Source of the DNA: Promethearchaeia archaeon
Lineage (GTDB): Archaea; Asgardarchaeota; Lokiarchaeia; Sigyniarchaeales; SOKP01
Direction: 5' to 3'
DNA: 64,000 nucleotides
NCBI GenBank assembly: GCA_029856155.1
Contig: JAHQWL010000088.1
Location: 25,459-89,458 of the forward strand
This document shows positions 30,863 through 39,300 of the stretch, piece after piece (the stretch's first letter is position 1; the number at the start of each line of letters is the position of its first letter). Under the pieces are notes generated by a model. That model did no database searches. It had not been told where the DNA came from and worked only from the letters and a program-made list of their open reading frames with translations. A program made the translations under genes and the position numbers.

Positions 30863-31660
30863 CTAGGATTCATCAGAATTTTTAGGTTCTTTTTCTATTT
30901 CCCTTCTAATAAATTTAATGTTTTCTTTAAGGGTTTTTTTTATTGGGTCATCTTTTATCTCAAGTTTATTTAAAATCTGAACTGCTTCCTCAAATAATTC
31001 TAATGCTTCAGGGTATTGAGCTTTTTTATAGTATAATCCCGGAAGATTAAAGAATTTATATGATATACATTGGATGGCAGTTATAATGATCCATATCAGT
31101 ATGAGAATTGATAAGATCCATTCGATTAAGGGATTAAACACAATAAGAAGAATTATCAACATAAATCCTATAAAGAAACCATAATATGCCAAATATTTTT
31201 TAAATGCTGGACCTTCATACATCATTGATTTTGGTACTAAGTACATTAAATAACTATAAAGAACGATATAGAAAGACGAACCAATAAAGGCAGTGGATGC
31301 AACAAAACTATGAAATGCTACGAATGCCGCTATGTATGTTTCATCTGGAATTATTCCGACTAAGGCAATACACATGTTAGAGAAAATTGCTATGCCTGTT
31401 GCTAACCTTCTAAGATTATCATTTATATTAACTAGTTCTCTTTCTAAATAAATATAAAATGGAATTAACAATGAGCCTGTCACCACAAAAGCAATACTGA
31501 ACAATGATTTAGCTTCCATTAATCCTAATGTACTTACGGTGTGTATTAATGGTGAATATCCCGGAGTAACTAAAGCAGTTAGAGGTAGCATAATTGCCAT
31601 AAATAACGCACCCGCAAGACCAAATAATACTTCCATCCTAGATTCTGTTTTTAATACCAT
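30863..31660 (-). CDS. DUF998-like membrane protein with a C-terminal TPR-like helix pair
   Basis: PGYSPLIHTVSTLG, FHSFVA, tail YPEALELFEEAVQI; ATG 31660 preferred over GTG 31762. Confidence 0.65.
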   Translation of the reverse strand: MVLKTESRMEVLFGLAGALFMAIMLPLTALVTPGYSPLIHTVSTLGLMEAKSLFSIAFVVTGSLLIPFYIYLERELVNINDNLRRLATGIAIFSNMCIALVGIIPDETYIAAFVAFHSFVASTAFIGSSFYIVLYSYLMYLVPKSMMYEGPAFKKYLAYYGFFIGFMLIILLIVFNPLIEWILSILILIWIIITAIQCISYKFFNLPGLYYKKAQYPEALELFEEAVQILNKLEIKDDPIKKTLKENIKFIRREIEKEPKNSDES

Positions 31661-31857
31661 TTTTATCACTTCTAAAAATAATGGATAAAATATATTAATG
31701 TAAAAATTCCACCATTTTATAACATAATTATTGTCGTAAAAGTTTATTAAACTTTTACCCACTTTTCCTATTATAAATTACTCTTCTATAATAGAATTCC
31801 TATAATGATAACCGTATAATTATTATACTTCAGAATTATAACTTTTATTAAAATAGG

Positions 31858-32043
31858 TTGAACTTAAGTAATAATAGAATTTGCGAAGTACCAAAGGCTA
31901 TAGCGAGATTAGAAAGGCTTCAATCAATTAATTTAAGCTTCAATAATATATCAATATTGCCAAAGGCAATAGAAGAAATAGAGGGATTGCGCTTTATCTA
32001 TTTGGAAGGAAATCCAGAGTTAACAAATACTGGGAAAAAATAA
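31858..32043 (+). CDS. Short leucine-rich-repeat ORF (probable remnant)
   Basis: LSNNRICEVP, LQSINLSFNNISILP, LRFIYLEGNP: about 2.5 LRR units in 61 aa. Confidence 0.55.
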   Translation: MNLSNNRICEVPKAIARLERLQSINLSFNNISILPKAIEEIEGLRFIYLEGNPELTNTGKK

Positions 32044-32154
32044 AATATTAAGATAAATTTGTTATTATAGAAAAGTATTTTTATTGTTCTAAACAATTAA
32101 GAAATATTTATAAATTAGGTGAACAACCATATATAAGAGAAGTGTGATATTTTA

Positions 32155-32703
32155 ATGGACGGAGAGAAATTTACTTTCAAAATTACAGTGATCGGAGATG
32201 GTGCTGTAGGAAAAACGTCATTAATCCGAAAATTTACTGAAGGTGGTTTTGAAGATGCCTATATCCAAACTATAGGAGCACAATTTTCTAAATATACTGA
32301 AGAAATAGATGGTGATAACTGTAAATTATTTTTTTGGGATATAGCGGGTCAAGATACCTTCCATTTTTTACGTCCTGCTTTCTATAAATCTAGCTTGGCT
32401 GCTATTATTGTATTTTCTCTTGAAGAAAATGATTTTGGTAGAGATAGTTTTAAACATGTCCAGAATTGGCAAAATGAAATAAAAAAATTCTGTGGAGAAA
32501 TACCTATTTTACTGTTTGGAAATAAAGTTGATTTAATTGATGAGAAAAACTTCGATGAAGAGAAAATCCAAAAATTTGTTGATAAAAAAGACTTTTTTGG
32601 GTATTATAAGACTTCCGCTAAAACTGGACAAGGAGTATACGAAGCATTTCAAGCAATTATTCAAAACTTATATTCTAAATACAAGGAAATCTCTGAAAAA
32701 TAG
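32155..32703 (+). CDS. Rab-like small GTPase
   Basis: GDGAVGKT, YIQTIG, WDIAGQ, NKVD, TSAK; no C-terminal prenylation Cys. Confidence 0.92.
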   Translation: MDGEKFTFKITVIGDGAVGKTSLIRKFTEGGFEDAYIQTIGAQFSKYTEEIDGDNCKLFFWDIAGQDTFHFLRPAFYKSSLAAIIVFSLEENDFGRDSFKHVQNWQNEIKKFCGEIPILLFGNKVDLIDEKNFDEEKIQKFVDKKDFFGYYKTSAKTGQGVYEAFQAIIQNLYSKYKEISEK

Positions 32704-32770
32704 AAAAAATTGAAAATTTAGGCAAACTTTTGAATTTTACATTTAAAATCTTTAAAATTTACTACTCTAC

Positions 32771-33355
32771 TCAGTAAATTTTAAAAATAATATCGTTTAA
32801 AGGTCTTTTAGGAACGTGCATTTTCCCCTCATTGTCTTTCCAATAGTTGAAAGAATCTATATAAGGTTCTATTACAGATTCTTCATCTGGATATCCTATA
32901 CTAATTACTTGTTTAATTATATAGTAATCTGGAATCTCTAATAATTTGCCAATTTTTTTTACATTAATTGATCCCATCCAACAGCATCCAAAACCAAAAT
33001 TAACAGCACCAAGCAATATATTTTCAACGGCAGCTCCAACATCAAAATCAATATATGCATTTTTTATGTGTGTATTTACAAGCACTATAATATATGCTGT
33101 AGGTTCTCTTCCTTTTTCGGGAGTTCTTTGTTCCTCAGGGAGTGAGGCAGCCCAATTTACTAATGGAAATAATTTCTCCCTGATTACAGCATTATGAACA
33201 ATAATGAATTCAAGAGCTTGAATATTACGTGCCACTGGAGCTATACGGGCATAATCAATTAACTTTTTTAAAAGTTCTAATGGGACGGGATCTTGTTTAA
33301 ATCTTCTTATCGTTCTTCTCTTATATATTATTTCTTCCAAATTCAAATTTTTCAC
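32771..33355 (-). CDS. Nitroreductase family protein
   Basis: RRTIRRF, AP..RNIQ, DVGAAVENILL, GCCWMG, IGYP. Confidence 0.92.
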   Translation of the reverse strand: MKNLNLEEIIYKRRTIRRFKQDPVPLELLKKLIDYARIAPVARNIQALEFIIVHNAVIREKLFPLVNWAASLPEEQRTPEKGREPTAYIIVLVNTHIKNAYIDFDVGAAVENILLGAVNFGFGCCWMGSINVKKIGKLLEIPDYYIIKQVISIGYPDEESVIEPYIDSFNYWKDNEGKMHVPKRPLNDIIFKIY

Positions 33356-33366
33356 TTCATTTTTGC

Positions 33367-34410
33367 TTATTGATGGGATTTAATTAAACTTTCCGCCAAT
33401 TTATAAAAGCTTTCTTCTACATTTTTTCCAGTTAACGCAGAAGTCTCAATATACTCTAAATTAAGTTCATTTGCGATTTTTAGTGCTTCTTCAGATGCTA
33501 TATTTCTTTTAGACATTAAATCTTCCTTATTTCCTAAGATAAAGCCAATCAAAATTTCTTGCGAAGGAACAACATTTTTTTTAATATCTTCGTACCAATT
33601 TTGAATACTTTCAAAAGATTTGCGATTTGTTAAATCAAATATTAAAATTACTGCTTCTAGCCCCATATAAAAATGACGCCTCATAAGCTCGAATTTACTT
33701 TGTCCTGCGATATCCCAAAGAATCAAATTGACATGATCATCTTGTACTTGAATATTTTTTTCTGAAATTGATACACCCAACGTAGGAATATAGGTTTGCA
33801 TAAAGGCATGATCTATAAACCGAAGTATGGTGCTTGTTTTTCCAACTCCTGGATCTCCACATACAACAATTTTATAGTTGAATCCTAATCCTCTTTCTCT
33901 TGGTTTTTTTTCTTCTGGAAAAGCCTCTACTGTAGTGATCTTTTTTTCTTTATTACGTAGGTCATCTAAAATTTCTGAAATTCTAGTTTTCAAATTGGTT
34001 AGTTCAACATAAATTTCATCAGAATTAGCCTTTCTATTCTCTAATTCAATAATTTTTTGAACACTATCAGCAAATGTAGACTCAAGATAATTAATATATT
34101 TATAGAAAATAAGGTCATATGCTTCATTGAATAATACTGTAATTGATGATATTGCCGCACCTCCCCTGCTAGCTTCATTTTCTCGTTCTACATATTTAAT
34201 GATACCTTTTAAATTGAACATTGGAAAAGGAATTATAACTAAAGACTGAGGTATGATTCCTTGATCAGTTGAGAGAATCGTGATTGATTTAATGCTCACT
34301 GACATTCGAATGTCATCTTGTAGATCAACTGGATCCCATAAAAAAGGTTGTGGACCAACTTTTTCGTCCAATAACGTATAAACTATTGAGGTGATTATTT
34401 TTTCAGTCAT
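33367..34410 (-). CDS. uDENN/longin-like domain fused to a Rab-like GTPase
   Basis: N-terminal DEKVGP...PFP...ENEASRGG; C-terminal GDPGVGKT, WDIAGQ, NKED, ETSA. Confidence 0.85.
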   Translation of the reverse strand: MTEKIITSIVYTLLDEKVGPQPFLWDPVDLQDDIRMSVSIKSITILSTDQGIIPQSLVIIPFPMFNLKGIIKYVERENEASRGGAAISSITVLFNEAYDLIFYKYINYLESTFADSVQKIIELENRKANSDEIYVELTNLKTRISEILDDLRNKEKKITTVEAFPEEKKPRERGLGFNYKIVVCGDPGVGKTSTILRFIDHAFMQTYIPTLGVSISEKNIQVQDDHVNLILWDIAGQSKFELMRRHFYMGLEAVILIFDLTNRKSFESIQNWYEDIKKNVVPSQEILIGFILGNKEDLMSKRNIASEEALKIANELNLEYIETSALTGKNVEESFYKLAESLIKSHQ

Positions 34411-34541
34411 TGCCGAGATTAAATGATATAATAATTATAGAAAAATTCAATGTTTTATTTGACTATATTCTATAATTTATAAAAATAGGAGTTTATAAAA
34501 ATTTGTGAATTTGAATGGTTTACATTTTAAATACTAATAGT

Positions 34542-34563
34542 TCGTGAAACACCTCTTTCACGA
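34542..34563. promoter_or_regulatory. Perfect 8-bp inverted repeat (hairpin or dimeric protein site)
   Basis: TCGTGAAA-cacctc-TTTCACGA between the two longin-Rab genes. Confidence 0.4.
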
Positions 34564-34579
34564 TGAAAACTCTTGATAA

Positions 34580-35623
34580 TTACAAACGTGATTTGTACAA
34601 TAAAGTAGCAATTGTAGAAAAAGCATAATCAACATTTTCTCCTTGTAGTGCAGAAGTTTCTATAAACCCTAAATTTAATTGGCTTGCTAGATTATTTGCC
34701 ATATCAGTTGTTATTATTCTCTGCTCAACTAAGTCGTTTTTATTTCCAATAACAAATCCAGTTAGCATATCTGATCTATTTTTTAATTGAGCGAGGACAT
34801 CAGAATACCACTTTGGAATGCTATTAAAGGTCTCGATTCTAGTTAAATCAAAAACTAAAAAAACCGCGTCAAAACCTCGGTAAAATTGTTGCCTCATTGT
34901 TTCAAATTTGACTTGTCCTCCTATATCCCATAAAGTTAATTGAATTATAGCATCTTCAACCTTAAATATCTTATCTGTTACATGAACTCCTAGAGTTGGT
35001 ACATAAGATCTTCTAAACGCATTATTTGTATATCTTAAGATTAATGAAGTTTTACCTACGGAGGGATCGCCTATTATTATTATTTTAAATTGATAATCTA
35101 TTAAACTTCGGTCTTTATATTGCTGTTCAGGGAATGCCTCACTCTCTTGTTGAGCCATTTCTTGAAGTTTTAATTCTTCCAAAAGAGCAGATATATTAAA
35201 TTCAAGATGTTCAATTAATTTAACGAAATCTTCCCTGGATGCTTTTGATTTTTCTAAATTTATTATTTCTGGTGTAAGATTATTAAAAGGAATAGATAGA
35301 TCATTAATATATTTATAAAAAATTACATCATCTATTTCTTGAAACAACAATACAAGTGCAGATAGACCAATACTTCCTCTTCTTGAAGGATCATCCCATT
35401 TAATGTATTTAACAATTCCCTTCAAATTCTTTGAAGGAAAGGGGAGGATTACTAAAGATTCTGGGATAAGTCCTTCTTCACCCGATAGGATTGTTAATGC
35501 CTTAATGCTTATGTGAATTAAATCCATTTGTGTGAATGTATTGGGTTTCCATGCTACGGGATTTGGTCCCATTTCATCACTCATTTCTATGTATACTATC
35601 CCTTGAATTATTTGACGTTTCAT
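34580..35623 (-). CDS. uDENN/longin-like domain fused to a Rab-like GTPase (paralog of 33367..34410)
   Basis: SDEMGP...PFP...DDPSRRGS; GDPSVGKT, WDIGGQ, NKND, ETSA; same length (347 aa). Confidence 0.85.
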   Translation of the reverse strand: MKRQIIQGIVYIEMSDEMGPNPVAWKPNTFTQMDLIHISIKALTILSGEEGLIPESLVILPFPSKNLKGIVKYIKWDDPSRRGSIGLSALVLLFQEIDDVIFYKYINDLSIPFNNLTPEIINLEKSKASREDFVKLIEHLEFNISALLEELKLQEMAQQESEAFPEQQYKDRSLIDYQFKIIIIGDPSVGKTSLILRYTNNAFRRSYVPTLGVHVTDKIFKVEDAIIQLTLWDIGGQVKFETMRQQFYRGFDAVFLVFDLTRIETFNSIPKWYSDVLAQLKNRSDMLTGFVIGNKNDLVEQRIITTDMANNLASQLNLGFIETSALQGENVDYAFSTIATLLYKSRL

Positions 35624-35748
35624 AATTATTTAGAATTCTTCTGAATGAGAAATTAAAGCAATGATAGAGTGTAAATATTTCGTTTTTAACTAATAATATA
35701 ATCTTTTTATATAAATATTAATTTGCTAAAAAAAAAAATGAAATTAGA

Positions 35749-36459
35749 TTATACTTTTAAACCTAAATACATAAGCCAGAAACTAGATAGATACCCAATT
35801 CTTACTATAATCACTAAAATTCCTGGAACAGTTAACCCCTCTAACAAGCCAAATATACAAAAACATATCGAACCTGCTGAAAGATAAAGAAAATTTCTAC
35901 GTATGACTCCTGAAGATTGAAGAGCTTTATATAAAAAGCCTAGTCCTAAAAAGACAAGAACTGTTATTAACATAACACCCATTAATATTCCCGCTAAAGT
36001 CATTAAATTTACATTATAATCAATTAAGTTTATAAGTGGGTCGTCTGGTGGTGAAGGAACGAAATTAAAAGACCCTAGAGGATCTAAAAATACAACGATT
36101 TCAAAGAATATTGAAATTATTAATATAATTACTAGGATATACATTTTTATTTTTGGGGTAAGTAATTCTGCACCGATATACATTGCTGTTATGATCGCAG
36201 GAGCAAACCAAATATAAGATAGAATAGCAACCGAACCATTATTAGGTAGATTGTGTCGAATAGTAAGAACTAATAGAAAATCTATAAATACACCTAACCA
36301 CATAAGCCCAGCAAACATGTTGGCTGTACCTAAAAAAGCAACTAATTTAGCCTTTGTTTTTCTTGAACGATAAATAAAGAATAAGCCAAATATAATGCCA
36401 AAAATCACTACCCCTGACGCAGTAACTCCATCAATCCATCCATTTATATCCAATACCAA
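35749..36459 (-). CDS. Stand-alone 7TM membrane protein
   Basis: Seven hydrophobic segments in 236 aa; SD AGGAGG before the TTG. Confidence 0.7.
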   Translation of the reverse strand: MVLDINGWIDGVTASGVVIFGIIFGLFFIYRSRKTKAKLVAFLGTANMFAGLMWLGVFIDFLLVLTIRHNLPNNGSVAILSYIWFAPAIITAMYIGAELLTPKIKMYILVIILIISIFFEIVVFLDPLGSFNFVPSPPDDPLINLIDYNVNLMTLAGILMGVMLITVLVFLGLGFLYKALQSSGVIRRNFLYLSAGSICFCIFGLLEGLTVPGILVIIVRIGYLSSFWLMYLGLKV

Positions 36460-36560
36460 GATTAAATCTTCCTCCTTTTCATTTTGTTATTTATTGGAAG
36501 AAAAATTATTTTTATAATATGTATTATATAATCTTTTATTGTAATAAATACTAGGTTTAA

Positions 36561-36634
36561 TGGGAAAGAGGGGATTTGAACCCCCGACCTCTTGGTCCCG
36601 GACCAAGTATCATACCAATCTAGACTACCTTCCC
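36561..36634 (-). tRNA. tRNA-Pro (anticodon CGG), intronless, CCA not encoded
   Basis: Cloverleaf GGGAAGG/CTTTCCC-A; anticodon stem CTTGG/CCAAG with loop TCCGGGA; T arm GGGGG-TTCAAAT-CCCCT. Confidence 0.92.
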
Positions 36635-36796
36635 ATAGTAACTAAATACACTAAAAATAAGTAATTTAATTGAATAAAACTTTAAATATATTTAAAATCT
36701 CTAGAATTAATTTTCTTCTACATTAGGATTTTTTAAGCAATCTTACTGAATTTGATAATTATGGAAAATCATCATAAAACATCCAAGAAAATTTTC

Positions 36797-37087
36797 TTAA
36801 TCTTTTATTTTTTCTAAGATAGAGATGATTCGGTAAATTGTAGTGCGGGAGTGGAAGGGGATATTGGGATCTTGACTTAAATCACCAACCATATACATTA
36901 CATTGCTGGAAAGAACACCTGGGGTCTCATCTTCCCTATGTAATTCATTAATACCTCTTTGTGCGATTCTCTTTATATTCCTAGGTACACTACGGTCATT
37001 TATCATTCCATTTAAAAGATATTCAACATTTTCAAAGCCCTTTTTTTCTTCTTCAGTTAGTGTTCTTGGCATTGAAAAAATCACCAT
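36797..37087 (-). CDS. UPF0147 family protein
   Basis: DRSVPRNIKR and DPNIPFHSRTTI motifs. Confidence 0.88.
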   Translation of the reverse strand: MVIFSMPRTLTEEEKKGFENVEYLLNGMINDRSVPRNIKRIAQRGINELHREDETPGVLSSNVMYMVGDLSQDPNIPFHSRTTIYRIISILEKIKD

Positions 37088-37486
37088 ATAAAGTCTACAG
37101 CAGATTAATAAAATAGAAATTTAAAATGTAAAATATTTTTTAAAATATAATTTTTTTGATTTTAAAAGAATTATAGCAGAATCCTAATTCAAAATTTGTC
37201 TTTTAAATTTAGTATCGTATTATCTGAATTCATTAATTTGAGGCTAAAATTTATGAAATGAATCAATAACCTTATTTTTCAAACGTTTTCAGAAGTTAAT
37301 GAAATCGATTCTAATCCGAGTATTTGAACAATTAAAAGTTATTGTTGGAGTCTAAAAAAATTCCTAAGATAAAAAGCTTAAAAATAATGGTATCAATATC
37401 AAGTTTATATCTTATAATATGAGATTCAATCTAAATATGGATCTTAAATTATTAAAAAAAAAATAATATATAATGGGTGATAAATA

Positions 37487-38329
37487 TTGACACTTTCACC
37501 ATATGAAGGATATAAATTTTTCCAAATGGAAAAGGATAAAGATGTATTAATTATAAAATTAAATCGACCTAAAGTAAATGCATTAAGCGAAAATGTTTTT
37601 GAAGAATTATTCAATATAGTTAAAACTGCAAATGTTGATACAGAAGTAATTTCTGTTGTTATAGCTAGCGCAAATCCAAAGCTTTTTACAGTAGGAGCAG
37701 ATATTAAAGAAATGATTAAAAAATATGGTAGAAAACCAAAAAAGGCTATTGATAATCTAAATTTAGGTCATTCCACACTTAATTTAATTGAAGACTCTCC
37801 AAAATGCTTTATAGTAGCATTCAAAGGTACATCTTATGGAGGAGGTATCGAACTAGCATGTGCGTGTGATATCAGAGTTGCTTCAGAAGATGCATATTTT
37901 GCTATGCCTGAAACAAGAATTGGGCTTGTTCCAGGATATGGAGGAACCCAACGACTTCCTCGTATTATTGGTTGGGGGCGAGCTAAAAAATTTATATTAA
38001 GTGGAGAGCCAATAGATGCTCAAGAAGCCTTCAGAATAGGTCTAATTGATGAAATTGTACCTAAAGGCAAAGAATTACAAAGAGCTTTGCATTATGCTCA
38101 TTCAATTGCACGGGGAGCTCCAATATCGGCAGCATTAACTAAGAAAGCTATAAATGAAGGTTTTAATATGAATTTAAAAGATGCGCTTGAGAAAGAAAAA
38201 GAGTGTTTTATGAGAAATATCAAAACCCAAATGTGGGAAGAGGGACTATGGGGTTTTATCAGAAAAAAACCTCCAGCATTCAAACGTATTGGGGAAATTG
38301 GATATCCCTTTGAAGATTATTTTGCTTAA
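37487..38329 (+). CDS. Enoyl-CoA hydratase/crotonase family protein
   Basis: LNRPKVNAL, GADIKE, GGGIELACACDIR, PETRIGLVPGYGGTQRL (both catalytic Glu present). Confidence 0.92.
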   Translation: MTLSPYEGYKFFQMEKDKDVLIIKLNRPKVNALSENVFEELFNIVKTANVDTEVISVVIASANPKLFTVGADIKEMIKKYGRKPKKAIDNLNLGHSTLNLIEDSPKCFIVAFKGTSYGGGIELACACDIRVASEDAYFAMPETRIGLVPGYGGTQRLPRIIGWGRAKKFILSGEPIDAQEAFRIGLIDEIVPKGKELQRALHYAHSIARGAPISAALTKKAINEGFNMNLKDALEKEKECFMRNIKTQMWEEGLWGFIRKKPPAFKRIGEIGYPFEDYFA

Positions 38330-38391
38330 AAGGGAATATTCTTCATATGAAAAAAAAAATCAAAAATTCATAATTTTTAATTTAATATAGA

Positions 38392-39003
38392 TTATACAAT
38401 TAATTCAATTTTTTTTCCGCAAAAACTACATTTTTTTAATTCTCTACTAAAAAATTCTCCACATTCATTACATTTTTGTAAATTTGCATCTATTATTTCT
38501 TTAGCTATACTTAAAAATGCTTCTTTTACATTTTGCCCTGTTTTTGATGAAGTAATAAAAATTTCTTTATTTGCTGTATATTTATCACAAAACTCCTTTG
38601 CTTCTTCTTTAGATACTTCTCTCTTATCTTTCAAATCAATCTTTGTAGCAATAAATGATTTAACAACATTTTTAGAAGCATTTTCATCGATAATCTTAAC
38701 CCAATTTTCTAAACCATATAATGATTTTTTATTGGTCATATCAAAAAGAATTAGAGCTGCTGTGGCTCCTTGTATATATGGAGGGAATAAAGTACGAAAT
38801 TTTTCTTCTCCTCCAAAATCCCAAATACTTAGGGTTATTGGTATTAACTTGGAATCATATTTTAATTCAATTGTTTTCTTCTTAAAATCGACACCAATAG
38901 TTTCCTTTAGAGTTTCAGAAAATATATTATCACAAAATCTTATTAATAGTGAACTTTTACCTACATTTTTATCCCCAGCTAAAACAATCTTAAATTTATA
39001 AAT
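38392..39003 (-). CDS. Rab-like small GTPase with a C-terminal zinc ribbon; apparent non-AUG (ATT or ATC) start
   Basis: Frame is open from 39006: IIYKFKIVLAGDKNVGKSS..TIGVDF..WDFGGEE..ATKID..TSSK..CNECG-x9-CSFC; the ORF track shows only the 3' half. Confidence 0.85.
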   Translation of the reverse strand: MYKFKIVLAGDKNVGKSSLLIRFCDNIFSETLKETIGVDFKKKTIELKYDSKLIPITLSIWDFGGEEKFRTLFPPYIQGATAALILFDMTNKKSLYGLENWVKIIDENASKNVVKSFIATKIDLKDKREVSKEEAKEFCDKYTANKEIFITSSKTGQNVKEAFLSIAKEIIDANLQKCNECGEFFSRELKKCSFCGKKIELIV

Positions 39004-39300
39004 GATTTAATCACCCTTTAATTAATAATATAGAATTATAAGATAAAATCATAAATAAATTTAATAATTTTCATTACCTCTCTATACTTTCTTTAGGTTC
39101 AAGATTTCACTCATAAGTTGGACTTTTTAAAAGCTATTAGAAAATTTATACAAAAACTAGGAGATTAAATATTAGTTTTATTTGGCTTTTTTAATTTGCT
39201 AACTATCGCAAAGATTTTATTTGTTACGGCGTCTTTTACTCCAAAATAAACTTCATTTAAAAAAAATATTTAAAATATATCTATTTTTTTTATTAGAACT

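Noticed and set aside
35749-36459. 7TM protein as a rhodopsin or a true GPCR
   Set aside because: No retinal-binding Lys motif in helix 7 and no DRY/NPxxY motifs; only the helix count is shared.
38732-39001. 89-aa + strand ORF from the track
   Set aside because: It is the antisense shadow of the Rab-like gene's N-terminal half.
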